Source: Candidatus Hydrothermarchaeota archaeon
Lineage (GTDB): Archaea > Hydrothermarchaeota > Hydrothermarchaeia > Hydrothermarchaeales > BMS3B
Assembly: GCA_015521565.1 (NCBI GenBank)
Contig: WANX01000132.1
Coordinates: 1-50,301 of the forward strand
DNA: 50,301 bases
Direction: 5' to 3'
Shown here: positions 26,000 to 35,740 of the stretch, in pieces
How positions within the stretch are numbered: position 1 is the first letter of the stretch
Layout: every line of letters begins with the position of its first letter
Position numbers and translations under genes: made by a program
The notes under the pieces: generated by a model
Seen by the model: only the letters and a program-made list of their open reading frames with translations
What the model was told of the DNA's origin: nothing
The model's database searches: none

Positions 26000-27223
26000 A
26001 TGGAAACCCTTGTGCCTCTGCTCAGAGCACGGGAGCTCGTGGATGCCCTGAGAGAAAGGTACTATTTCAACCGTTCCTGTGAAGCTGTGGGGGTGGACAC
26101 CTCCCTCCCGGGCAGGGAGCTTTCAAAGGATGTGGTTGCAGCAGAAGATTCACCGCCCCGGGACATCGCAAGTTACGACGGGTACGCCATGCGCAGCAGC
26201 GATGCGGAGCACTATCCGCTGCGCATCGTGGGAAGCATCTATGCGGGTGATGCCTACGAAACCCTGCCACAGCTTCGCAGGGGCGAGGCGATGTACATCG
26301 CCACCGGAGCGTTTCTGCCTCCGGGTGCTGATTGCGTGCTCCGGCTTGAAGATGCGCGTGTGGAGGGTGACAGGCTGTACGGTGTACCAATCGAGAAGGG
26401 CACAAAGGTGGTGCCCCGGGGGAGCAACTACCGGCGGGGTGAGGTCATCCTGAAGGCTAAAACCAGGATAAGGGCGCAGGAGTTCGGGATTCTGTGCGGC
26501 ATGGGTATAGAAGAGGTTGAGGTGTACCGCAGACCCCGTGTGGCAGTGCTTGCAACAGGCAATGAAATAGCCCGCGGAATAATCAGAGACATAAACTCCT
26601 TTGTGGTGCTCGCGCTGCTGGAGAAGTGGGGGTGCGAGACAGACTATCTGGGTGCAATCCAGGACGATTACGGGGCAACCAGGCGCGCCATCGCAGAGGC
26701 TGCAGAGCACTACGACTGCGTTGTCACGAGCGGCGGTGTAAGTGTGGGGAAGCGGGACTATGTACTCCGCGCTATTGAAGAACTCGGCAGGGTGGTGTTC
26801 TACAAGGTCAGGACGCGGCCCGGCAAGCCCATAGCAGTTGGCGTGGTGGAAAACACGCCCGTGTTTGCGCTGCCGGGCAAGCCCACCGGCGCTCTTGTGG
26901 CTGCTCAGCTTCATCTGCGCAGGTACTTCCTGGGAAGAGTGGAGGAACCCTTCCTCTACGCCAGGATAACAGAAGACATACTGCTCTCCAGAAAAGACAC
27001 CGACTCGCCAGACATCGCAAACCTGGTGTTTGTTCACCTTGAAGACGGCCTCGCAAAGCCGGTTGGCTTCGAAGGAAGCGAGATGCCCCTGATGAAGAGC
27101 GGTGATAAGTATAACGTCTCTGCAATTGCATCCAACCTGCGCAGCGCCCTGGTGGACGGCTATGCCATACTGGAGCGGGATACAAGGCGGGGGGAAAGGG
27201 TGAAGGTTCATCTGTTCATGTGA
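26000..27223 (+). CDS. moeA: Molybdopterin molybdotransferase MoeA family
   Basis: SYDGYAMR, IATGAFLPPGADCV, ATGNEI, DINS, TSGGVSVGKRD, RPGKP and LPGKP. Confidence 0.9.
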   Translation: METLVPLLRARELVDALRERYYFNRSCEAVGVDTSLPGRELSKDVVAAEDSPPRDIASYDGYAMRSSDAEHYPLRIVGSIYAGDAYETLPQLRRGEAMYIATGAFLPPGADCVLRLEDARVEGDRLYGVPIEKGTKVVPRGSNYRRGEVILKAKTRIRAQEFGILCGMGIEEVEVYRRPRVAVLATGNEIARGIIRDINSFVVLALLEKWGCETDYLGAIQDDYGATRRAIAEAAEHYDCVVTSGGVSVGKRDYVLRAIEELGRVVFYKVRTRPGKPIAVGVVENTPVFALPGKPTGALVAAQLHLRRYFLGRVEEPFLYARITEDILLSRKDTDSPDIANLVFVHLEDGLAKPVGFEGSEMPLMKSGDKYNVSAIASNLRSALVDGYAILERDTRRGERVKVHLFM

Positions 27224-27233
27224 GGTGTTGCTC

Positions 27234-27830
27234 ATGGAGCTGAGGGAAGAAGAGGTTGTGGAGCTGGCTGAGAAGCTGCACGGCCACCTGGCGCCGGGGA
27301 TAGCGCTGGGCGTGCGCATGGCCACGCTGGCGCTTAAAAAACTTGGCACCAGGCGGGGGAGCAAGAAGCTCATTGCCATAAGCGAGACAGCTCGCTGTCT
27401 CGCAGACGGCATGCAGGCAGCAACCGGTGCTACGCTGGGGCACGGCAACGCCTTTGTGGAAAACTACGGCAAGCTTGCCCTGACCGTGGGCAGGGTGGAC
27501 ACAGGGCAGGGGTACCGCGTAGCCCTGCGCCGCGACGCATGGAGGCACTCCGCACTCATGAAGAAGTGGATGCTCCGCGAGGGGAAGCTGACCAGGCAAG
27601 AGGAGCACGTGCTTGCGCAGGAGCTCCTGCACCTGGATGAGGAGTGGCTCGATGTGGAGCCGGTGAAGATTGAGATGGAGGCGCTCTTTGAGAACTCAGC
27701 GATAGTACGCTGCTCCTCCTGCGGCGAGCTGGTGCCCGAGAAGCTCAGCATAGGCGAAAACGGCACGCGCATGTGCAGAAGCTGCGCCGGCGTTGGCTAC
27801 TACCGCAGGGCGGAGTGTGTGCTGCCATAG
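27234..27830 (+). CDS. FmdE-family protein with Zn finger (second copy)
   Basis: HGHLAPGIALGVRM, ETARCLADGMQ, TLGHGN, GKLALT and CSSCGE...CRSC. Confidence 0.88.
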   Translation: MELREEEVVELAEKLHGHLAPGIALGVRMATLALKKLGTRRGSKKLIAISETARCLADGMQAATGATLGHGNAFVENYGKLALTVGRVDTGQGYRVALRRDAWRHSALMKKWMLREGKLTRQEEHVLAQELLHLDEEWLDVEPVKIEMEALFENSAIVRCSSCGELVPEKLSIGENGTRMCRSCAGVGYYRRAECVLP

Positions 27831-27900
27831 GCTGCTCCTTGTGCCCTCCAACCGGGGGCGGTGAGAAAGGTTTTAAAACCATCGCATTATAAAAAGAGCT

Positions 27901-29514
27901 ATGAACCTGCTGGAGTTCGCCGAGGTGGAGGAAGACACCGGCGTAATTAAGGAGATTCTGGAGGAGTTTGGAGAGGAGTGTGTTTTCGACCCCTACTGTC
28001 TGGCAGAGCTCACCAGGAGGGCTCTTTACAGCGGACTTTCCCTTCCGGCCAAGAGGAGGCTGCTGAAGCAGACCTATCGCGTGTGGCATCCCCTTCCCCC
28101 GCCCTGGAACCAGCAGTTTCTCAACCATCTGCTGAAAAACCACGGGGTCTCATCCATAGGCTCGCTGCGAAATTTTCTGAGGTTTGTGGACGAGCCACGC
28201 CCTGCCTATGAGAACCTGAAGCTGATTCTGAGTTCACGCTCCTCCAGGAAGGACGAGCTTGCCTTGATGATTCTCTCAGGGGCACCGCAACTGGCAGATA
28301 AGCTTGCAAAAGAAGAGCCCGAGGTTGCTGTTCGGCTGATGAAGAAGGTGCTGCGAAGCGGGAGAGACTTCGGGGAGCTGCTCAGAAAGGCTGTGCCCAT
28401 TATATACAGCATCGAGAGGAACGATGCCTTTCTCAAAAGCTTCCTGAAGCTGAAACTGAGGAACAGGAGGGAGGAGGAGATTTTTATCGGATTTCTGAAG
28501 GCCTGCAGGGAGTGCGGAGACCTCGCCTTCGTGCGGAGAGCCTTTGACAAAACCATAGAGCGCGTGGGCAAGGTCAGAATCCGCAGGCTGGCCTACATCT
28601 ACGGAGCTGAGGTCTTTGGAGAGGAGTACAGGAAGAGGGCGCTTAAGGACAGAGCTAAAAGTATAAGGAAGTGGGCTGCGGGAGAAAAGCCCAGGAGATG
28701 GAGTCCGGAGGAATACATAAAGAGGGGTATGTGGTATCTGGAGCAGGGCAGGGCAGACTCTGCCCTGAAGTGTGCTGAAACCGCCTGCGAGAAGGGCGCC
28801 GGCGACAGGGCGCTGATTTTGAAGGCGCAGGCTCTCTACGCGCTGGGAGACTTTGCGAGAGCCGAGGCGCTGCTGGACGGGCTGATTCAGAAGCAGAACC
28901 ACGACGCCTACGTGACTAAAGCGCTGCTGCTGCTCAGCTCCGGGAGACTGGAGGAGGCGCTGCGCACCGCAAGGGAGGGTGTGGAGAGGTATCCGGAGAG
29001 CTTCGACCTGAGGATGTGCCTTGCCCAGCTGCTGTACTTCCAGGGGGATGAAGAGTACATGAGAATCCTGGAAGAGCTCCACCGCGAATATCCCTGGCGC
29101 ACAGCAAGCTTCATGCTCACCAGCTGGATGGAGACGCCGCCCCTGGAGGTTATCCGGGAAAGATTTGCGGCCTTCAACACCGCCCTTTTTGGGGGCGAAG
29201 ATGAGCTGAGCGAAGAGGTAATTGAATGGTTCAGGGACATGGGGATGCGGGAACAGTCCCAGGCCCTGAAAGCCATAAAGCTGTGGATGGAGGGAAGGGA
29301 TGAGGAGGCGGAGCAGCTGATTCGCTCCATCCCCGAGAGGTTTGAGTTTCTACCGCTGCACCTGGCGTTTCATCTCAGAAGGGGAAACGCGCAGAAGGCG
29401 CTTCAGGTGCTGGACGCAATAGAGGCGGAGAGGCTCTCAGAAGCTCTGCCGGAGGAAATTCGGGAGATGCTGAAGAAGCTCAGGAGCTTCCTGGAAAGCT
29501 CTACATCACCATGA
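27901..29514 (+). CDS. Helical-repeat / TPR-containing protein of unknown function
   Basis: TPR-like units (YIKRGMWYLEQGRADSALKCAE; KAQALYALGDFARAEA; KALLLLSSGRLEEAL); TATA-like element upstream. Confidence 0.7.
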   Translation: MNLLEFAEVEEDTGVIKEILEEFGEECVFDPYCLAELTRRALYSGLSLPAKRRLLKQTYRVWHPLPPPWNQQFLNHLLKNHGVSSIGSLRNFLRFVDEPRPAYENLKLILSSRSSRKDELALMILSGAPQLADKLAKEEPEVAVRLMKKVLRSGRDFGELLRKAVPIIYSIERNDAFLKSFLKLKLRNRREEEIFIGFLKACRECGDLAFVRRAFDKTIERVGKVRIRRLAYIYGAEVFGEEYRKRALKDRAKSIRKWAAGEKPRRWSPEEYIKRGMWYLEQGRADSALKCAETACEKGAGDRALILKAQALYALGDFARAEALLDGLIQKQNHDAYVTKALLLLSSGRLEEALRTAREGVERYPESFDLRMCLAQLLYFQGDEEYMRILEELHREYPWRTASFMLTSWMETPPLEVIRERFAAFNTALFGGEDELSEEVIEWFRDMGMREQSQALKAIKLWMEGRDEEAEQLIRSIPERFEFLPLHLAFHLRRGNAQKALQVLDAIEAERLSEALPEEIREMLKKLRSFLESSTSP

Positions 29515-29908
29515 CCTCACCCTCTCGCGTGATTGCAACCTCAATCTCCGAGAGCACCCTCCTGCCCCTTATCTTCTCTCCGGCACCCTGCTGTATGAGC
29601 ACCGCCAGCGACGGAAAGCTGTAGGATATCCATATCCCCGCCTCATCCGCCCGGCGGTATATTTCACGCACGGCTTCGTTCAGGTCCGTCTCAGGCTTTA
29701 TAACAACACTCAGGGGCGCCTCAAGCATCCTCACAAGCCTCAGGGTGTTCTCAGCACGTCTTATGTTCTCCCTCGCCTTCCTCTCAGTGGCCGAAACATT
29801 TGCCACCGTCGTGCCCAGGCGCCTTGCAATCTCGCTGGTGCTCAGCCCCTGAGCCTTGAGCCTGAGCACCTCAATCTGGCGCTCCGTGAGCACCGTATCA
29901 CGCACCAT
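29501..29908 (-). CDS. tfx: Tfx-family DNA-binding regulator
   Basis: TVLTERQIEVLRLKAQGLSTSEIARRLGTTVANVSATERKARENIRRAENTL, then IYRRADEAGI. Confidence 0.85.
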   Translation of the reverse strand: MVRDTVLTERQIEVLRLKAQGLSTSEIARRLGTTVANVSATERKARENIRRAENTLRLVRMLEAPLSVVIKPETDLNEAVREIYRRADEAGIWISYSFPSLAVLIQQGAGEKIRGRRVLSEIEVAITREGEVMVM

Positions 29909-30404
29909 GGCGCAGGAACCTCTCCTCAACGAATTCGGCCAGCCTCTCAATGTCGTCGAATCCGAAGACCCGGCACTCCGCCTCCACTTCAGCGTCGCTC
30001 ACCACTGCAACTATCTCACCACCCGCGGCTCCCGTGAAGAGCTTCAGGTCCTCCTCGCCGGTTGCGACCAGTATCTTGGGCGTCTCGGCCCTCGCGTAGC
30101 CTTCGGTTAGCACCACATCCATATCCCCCATGTACCTCCCTACAATATCGGTGAGGAACATTTCCCTGGGGGTAGTGCGCATCAGAACAAGGCGGTCCGG
30201 AGAAGATATCGCCACAACATCTGCACCGGCGGCGGCATGTCTCCAGGTATCCTTGCCAGGCATGTCCATGCTGAATCCATAGTGGATGTGGTGTTTCACA
30301 GTGGCCACGCGGTAGCCTCTCGCCTTGAGCGCCGCGATCAGGCGCTCCATCACGGTGGTCTTCCCGGCCTTCTTCCTGCCTATAACTGAAACTATGGGAG
30401 GCAT
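29898..30404 (-). CDS. mobB: Molybdopterin-guanine dinucleotide biosynthesis protein MobB
   Basis: GRKKAGKTT P-loop, VATVKH, GKDTWRHAAAGA and VLTEGY. Confidence 0.92.
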   Translation of the reverse strand: MPPIVSVIGRKKAGKTTVMERLIAALKARGYRVATVKHHIHYGFSMDMPGKDTWRHAAAGADVVAISSPDRLVLMRTTPREMFLTDIVGRYMGDMDVVLTEGYARAETPKILVATGEEDLKLFTGAAGGEIVAVVSDAEVEAECRVFGFDDIERLAEFVEERFLRHGA

Positions 30405-30494
30405 CGTTAAATTATAATGTTTAATTCGATATAAAATTTTCGGACTTTTCCGGGTAAATAAAACAAAAGGATTTAAGCTGGCATCTGTACGGGC

Positions 30495-31178
30495 TCAAAA
30501 GCTGTCCGGAAAGCACAGGTGCAGCCACCTGTCAAAGAAGACCTCGGCCCAGCGGTTGAGCTCCCTCACCCGCTCCTCCAGGTTCTGGAGAATCTCCTCC
30601 CGCCTTTCGGGCACTTCTCCGGACCACTCGCGCACCATCTCCTCCGTGACCTCAAGGTGGAACTGCAGTGCGTAGCTTTTGCGAGCACGGAATGCCTGAT
30701 GGGGATACAGCTCCGAGCTTGCGAGCAACCTGCCTTCGCGCGGAAGGTCGAAGGTTTCACCGTGCCAGTGGAAAACCTCAAGGCGCGGGGGAAAGGCGGA
30801 GAAAACCTCGTCCCTTCTTCCCTCATCGGTCAGCGTTATGGGATACCACCCGAGTTCCTTCTCCTCTCCTGGGTACACCCTCGCCCCGAGGGCGCTGGCA
30901 ATGAGCTGCGACCCCAGGCAGACTCCCAGCACCGGTTTATCAGCCGCCATAGCGCGCTTTATAAGCGCCTCCTCCTCTGCGAGGTAGGGGTACTCCTGCC
31001 TGTCGTTGACGCTCATTGGTCCGCCAAGAATCACAATCAGGTCATACTCCAGAGCACCTTCCAGGCCGTCTCCCCGCCACAGATGGCGGTACTCCACACC
31101 GATACCCCGAGCCTCTGCAAACTCCTCAAAACAGCCTAAGTGCTCCCCCTCCGCATTCTCAAGCGCGAGCAGCCTCAC
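30495..31178 (-). CDS. Type 1 glutamine amidotransferase-like protein
   Basis: LGGPMSV, GVCLGSQL, HWHGETF and QFHLE. Confidence 0.9.
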   Translation of the reverse strand: MRLLALENAEGEHLGCFEEFAEARGIGVEYRHLWRGDGLEGALEYDLIVILGGPMSVNDRQEYPYLAEEEALIKRAMAADKPVLGVCLGSQLIASALGARVYPGEEKELGWYPITLTDEGRRDEVFSAFPPRLEVFHWHGETFDLPREGRLLASSELYPHQAFRARKSYALQFHLEVTEEMVREWSGEVPERREEILQNLEERVRELNRWAEVFFDRWLHLCFPDSF

Positions 31179-31187
31179 GCCACGACC

Positions 31188-31400
31188 TCAGCACGAGCTG
31201 TGTTCTATCGCTCCCTCCGGGCATGCCTCCACGCAGGCGCAGCACTCAATGCAGTCAGCCACGCGCGGGGCGGTGCTCTTACCCTCCACAAGTTCATAAA
31301 CCTCTGCAGGACATACGTCCACACACTCTCCATGACCCTTGCACTTGTCATAGTCTATCTTGATGGTAACATCAGCTTTAAACTCCCTTATGTCCGCCAT
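31188..31400 (-). CDS. Dicluster ferredoxin
   Basis: CKGHGECVDVCP and CIECCACVEACP. Confidence 0.9.
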   Translation of the reverse strand: MADIREFKADVTIKIDYDKCKGHGECVDVCPAEVYELVEGKSTAPRVADCIECCACVEACPEGAIEHSSC

Positions 31401-31450
31401 GTCTCCACCTCCTGAATTATTTCCCCCTCCCTCTATTTATACTTGACGCC

Positions 31451-31879
31451 CTACGGGTGTTCCTCCACCCAGACTTCTCCCCCTGCCGTGTACTCCTTCT
31501 TCCAGATGGGCACATGCTTCTTGAGCTCATCTATAACGAAACGGCATGCCTCAAAAGCGTCCTTTCTGTGCTCTGCGGCGGCAACGATCAGCACTATATT
31601 CTCACCTGTCCCCAGCTCTCCATAGCGGTGCACCACCGAGACCTCAATCAGGTCAAACTTCTTTTTTGCGAGCTGGCGAATCTCCTCAAGCTTCTTCTCA
31701 GCCATGCCCGGATAGTACTCAAACTCCAGCTTTTCCACATCCCTGCCGCGAGAGAAGTCGCGCACAGTGCCCAGGAAGGTGACCACACCGCCTATTCGCT
31801 TCGACACCGCCCTCACCCGGTTTATCTCCTCCTCCACCGAGAAGTCCTCCCTCTGCACGCGCACCCATTCGTATGTCAT
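31451..31879 (-). CDS. moaE: Molybdopterin synthase catalytic subunit
   Basis: GGVVTFLGTVR, LEFEYYPGMA, HRYGEL, HRKDAF and PIWKKE. Confidence 0.95.
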   Translation of the reverse strand: MTYEWVRVQREDFSVEEEINRVRAVSKRIGGVVTFLGTVRDFSRGRDVEKLEFEYYPGMAEKKLEEIRQLAKKKFDLIEVSVVHRYGELGTGENIVLIVAAAEHRKDAFEACRFVIDELKKHVPIWKKEYTAGGEVWVEEHP

Positions 31880-31990
31880 AGGAGCACCAGAGGTTAAGCG
31901 CAGACTACCGTGGAAAAGTTTGAAATGGGCTTAACCTTAATATAGGGGTTTCTGCATATAATCATGCAGTTCCGGGTGGAGGACTGGTTG

Positions 31991-32983
31991 ATGAAGCCAA
32001 AAATTCTCGTGGTGGATGACGAGGAGCTCATACGGCTGAGCCTGAGGAAGCTTCTGGAAAAGAACGGCTACATGGTGGAGGTGGCCAGCTCTGCCGCAGA
32101 GGCGCTGGAGAAGCTGAAAGCAGACGGGTTCAGAATAGTAATAACCGATATAATGATGCCTGACATGGACGGGGTCGAGCTCCTGAAAAAAATAAAGGAG
32201 CAGGACAGGAGCATTTACGTAATAATGATAACCGCCTATGCAAGTCTGGAGCGCGCCATTGCCAGCCTCAAGTTCGGCGCCGGCGATTTCATTCAGAAGC
32301 CCTATGAGAACAGGGAAATCCTCGAAGCTGTGCAGAAGGCGGTGGAAACTCTTGAGGAAGACGGAAAAAGTGTGGAGCTTGCGGTGTCTGTGAAGCAGGA
32401 GGTGGTAAATGCCTTCCGCTCAACCTGCCACAGGAGCGTGACTGAGCTTGCCAGCGCAGTTAAAAAGATTACCGGAACAGACACAAGCATTAATATAGAG
32501 GGCCCGGTGGTGGAGGAGGTGGAGAACTTCCCCAACCTGGTGGGCGGTGAGGGCATCGCCATGGTTGGCTCCTATGCCAGCCTGTACGGAGCCCTCAGCG
32601 GAAGCGCTACCCTGCTCTTTCCCATAGAGGATGCAATACGTTTTGTGGAGATACTCTCCGGCAAAAAGGTGGACTATGCAGACTTTCCCAATCCTCAGGA
32701 CAGGGAGGTTCTGAAGGAGGTGGGCAGCATAATCTCCGAGGACCACACCAGAAGGCTGAAGGAGCTTGCAAACATCGATGTGAAGATAACCCCTGCCAGC
32801 TTTGTGGACCTGGTGTCAGGAAACTTTGTCTCCTTCCTCGAGCTCCGCACCGGGCGTAAGAGGCAGTACTACTTTGCCCACAGGCTGAACTTCCACATAG
32901 GGGGGGCAAAGCAGATACTGGGCTATCTTCTGTTCATCTTCGACCTTAGAAACATAGGCGTGCTCAACAGTCGATTTTCATAG
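31991..32983 (+). CDS. Response regulator with CheC-like C-terminal domain
   Basis: REC (ILVVDDE, TDIMMP, ITAYA, KPY), then GALSGSATLLFP..LKEVGSII..ITPA CheC-fold pattern. Confidence 0.8.
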   Translation: MKPKILVVDDEELIRLSLRKLLEKNGYMVEVASSAAEALEKLKADGFRIVITDIMMPDMDGVELLKKIKEQDRSIYVIMITAYASLERAIASLKFGAGDFIQKPYENREILEAVQKAVETLEEDGKSVELAVSVKQEVVNAFRSTCHRSVTELASAVKKITGTDTSINIEGPVVEEVENFPNLVGGEGIAMVGSYASLYGALSGSATLLFPIEDAIRFVEILSGKKVDYADFPNPQDREVLKEVGSIISEDHTRRLKELANIDVKITPASFVDLVSGNFVSFLELRTGRKRQYYFAHRLNFHIGGAKQILGYLLFIFDLRNIGVLNSRFS

Positions 32984-33130
32984 ATAACCATCAACTTTTT
33001 ATAGCACCTGTTTTTAAACAGTAGTTGAAGGGCGCAGCAGTTTTCAGTGTTTATTGCGGTCCGGGATGTAGCCTGCAGGGTGGGCATGTGCAGAGCCGGG
33101 TATGAATAATAAAAGCTGCAAGGCGGAAAA

Positions 33131-35740
33131 ATGGATGAAGACCTCAAGAGGGCGATAGAGTATCACAGACGGGGTGAATACGAGAAGGCAAGAGAATACT
33201 ACCTCAGGGCTGTTCACAGAGACCCTGAGAACCCGAGGCTGAGGGTCCTTCTGGGAAACACTTTCTACTACGGTGGACACGTGGAGGAGGGGATTGCCCA
33301 GTACAGGGAGGCGATACGAATTGACCCCGACTACTGTGTGGCCTATTTCAACCTGGCCATCGCCCTGGAGGAAACCGGGGACATACAGGGGGCCATAGAC
33401 AACTACAGGAGGGCAATAGAAAAAAATCCGCAGTATGCGGAGGCGTACGCAAACCTGGGGGCGCTGCTGAAGGAGTGCGGTGAGATAGATGAGGCAATCA
33501 TCTGCCTGCGCAGGGCTCTGGAAATAGACAGAAGCCTTGAGGCACCCCGCAGGAAACTGCAGCAAATCCTCAACGAGGTGCACGAGCAGGTGAGGATGAG
33601 AGAGCGTGTGAGGGAGGCGGAGGAGTACATAAAAGATGGCGACATCTTCGAAGAGGTGGGGGACCTGGACAGGGCCATAGAATGCTACAGGAAGTCCATA
33701 GAGGTGTACCCCAGCATAGTGGCCCACTTTCTGCTCGCCCTTGCCCTTGAAAGGAAGGGAGACTTGAAGGCTGCTACCCGGAACTACAGGGCCCTTCTCA
33801 GTATGGACGTGTCCAACATACGCGACTTCACCTCAGAGACCCTCAACATTCTGGGCAGGAAGCTTGGAAAGATTAAATTCACCAGTGATGACCTGGTAAA
33901 AATGCTGAAGAAGCTGCACTCACAGGTGAAGGAGAGGAGGCAATTCATCTCCATGATAGGATATGTGCTGAAGGAATCTGTGCAGACCGCAGACGACTTC
34001 ATAAGGCTTGGCTCCGAGTACGAGCAGAAGGGCGACCTTCAGACAGCTGTGGACTACTACCGCCGAGCAGTGGAGCTGGAGCCCGTGTCGCCGGTGCCGT
34101 ACTACATCCTTGGCATGGCGCTGGAGAGACTTGGAAGAAAACGCGAGGCGGTGCGCCAGTACCGGCGTGCCCTGGAGCTTGACATAGGCTCGCTGACTCC
34201 TGAGGCTTCCAGGAAGCTGGCTGAAACTCTTGCCAGGCAGATAGGGAGCATGTACGTGAGCTTTCTGGACTCCAGACAGCTTCTCATGGAGTTTAAAGAA
34301 TATGTGAAAAGCAGTGGCGATGCCAGCTTTGAGAACTTTATAAAGCGCAAGCTAACGGGAGAGGTGGAGAGCAAGATCGAGGAGGGCTACATGCTGGACA
34401 GGGAGGGCACCCTTGAGGTGGCGATTCAGAGGTACCAGGAAGCTGTGGAAATAGACCCCCACAATCTCGTCGCTCACTACATCCTGGGCCTCGCACTGGA
34501 GACCAAGGGCGACTACGAGGGTGCCATTCGCAGGTACAGGGAAAGTGAGAAGGTGGACCTGGAGCAGGCCCCCAGGGAGATATCCAGACGGGTTATTGAT
34601 ATCCTGAACAGGTACCTCACCAGGACCACAAAGGACGGCCACAGGGTGGGCACCATACTGATGAGATACTTCGAAATAATCAGCCAGAATCCCGAGAAGA
34701 TGACACAGCTCCTCAGCTACATCGAAGACATAAAGCTGGACACCCTCTCAAAGATTCTCAAGTCCTATGTGGAGAAGGCCATGAAGGATGGTGGAGGCGG
34801 AGTGATAATACGGGATATGGAGGACTTTGCAGAGAACTTTGAAGAGCAGCTTAAAATGAAGAGGTCCGAAGAGCTGAGCCGGGTGAGTGTGAAGCTGGCC
34901 TGGAAGTACAAGACTGGCAGGGCTATAAGGTGTGCCGCCATGTCCTCCGGAGGCGAGGTTATAGCCGGTGGTTCCGAAAACGGCAGGATTTACTTTATCA
35001 GCAGAAAGGGCGAGCTCATCTGGAAGAAAAACAGAGAGGTTATGATAGTGGACCTGGACGTCTCCCCGGATGGGGGGTACATTGCCCTTGGTTTGCAGAG
35101 CGGCATCGTGGAGCTTATAGACTCGGAGGGGGGGCTGGTGTGGAGGAGGGACTTTACTAAAAACGGGGTTACCTGCCTGTCGGTCTCCAGGGGGGCGGAA
35201 TACACCGCTGTCGCCACCAGGGACTCCAGGCTGATTGCCCTGGACAGGTTTGGCGAGGTGGTGTGGGAGCGTTCTGTGGACGGATACTGCACCAGGATGG
35301 ACATCTCCCACAGCGGAAGGGACATAATAGCCTGCTCCGACCTGGGCTACATCCACTTCATAAGAAACGAAGGCATTGTAATACTCGACAGCATGATAGT
35401 TAAAGACACCCCCCACTCGGTAGCAATATCCCCGGACGGTAAATTCTGTGCCTCGGGCTCCACCTCCGGCAGGGTGTACTTCATGAACAGAGAAAAGCAG
35501 GTGCTCTGGAAGCGGGAGACCGGAAGCCCTGTATACGGGCTGGCGGTGAGCGGAAAGGGAAAGAACGTGGCGGCGGGCACATCAGCCGGCAGGGTGTACC
35601 TTTACAACGGAGAGGGGGAGCTTCTGTGGGAGTACCCCACCGGTGTAAACATCTGGGATATCGACATCTCTTCTGACGGCAGCAGCACCATCGCTGCCTG
35701 CGGACTGGTCTTCGGAGACATCTACCACTTTATTACCTGA
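33131..35740 (+). CDS. TPR-repeat protein with C-terminal WD40/PQQ-like beta-propeller
   Basis: Many TPRs (YREAIRIDPDYCVAYFNLA; YAEAYANLG); C-terminal repeats such as GSENGRIYF..LIWK and GTSAGRVYLYNGEGELLWEY. Confidence 0.85.
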   Translation: MDEDLKRAIEYHRRGEYEKAREYYLRAVHRDPENPRLRVLLGNTFYYGGHVEEGIAQYREAIRIDPDYCVAYFNLAIALEETGDIQGAIDNYRRAIEKNPQYAEAYANLGALLKECGEIDEAIICLRRALEIDRSLEAPRRKLQQILNEVHEQVRMRERVREAEEYIKDGDIFEEVGDLDRAIECYRKSIEVYPSIVAHFLLALALERKGDLKAATRNYRALLSMDVSNIRDFTSETLNILGRKLGKIKFTSDDLVKMLKKLHSQVKERRQFISMIGYVLKESVQTADDFIRLGSEYEQKGDLQTAVDYYRRAVELEPVSPVPYYILGMALERLGRKREAVRQYRRALELDIGSLTPEASRKLAETLARQIGSMYVSFLDSRQLLMEFKEYVKSSGDASFENFIKRKLTGEVESKIEEGYMLDREGTLEVAIQRYQEAVEIDPHNLVAHYILGLALETKGDYEGAIRRYRESEKVDLEQAPREISRRVIDILNRYLTRTTKDGHRVGTILMRYFEIISQNPEKMTQLLSYIEDIKLDTLSKILKSYVEKAMKDGGGGVIIRDMEDFAENFEEQLKMKRSEELSRVSVKLAWKYKTGRAIRCAAMSSGGEVIAGGSENGRIYFISRKGELIWKKNREVMIVDLDVSPDGGYIALGLQSGIVELIDSEGGLVWRRDFTKNGVTCLSVSRGAEYTAVATRDSRLIALDRFGEVVWERSVDGYCTRMDISHSGRDIIACSDLGYIHFIRNEGIVILDSMIVKDTPHSVAISPDGKFCASGSTSGRVYFMNREKQVLWKRETGSPVYGLAVSGKGKNVAAGTSAGRVYLYNGEGELLWEYPTGVNIWDIDISSDGSSTIAACGLVFGDIYHFIT

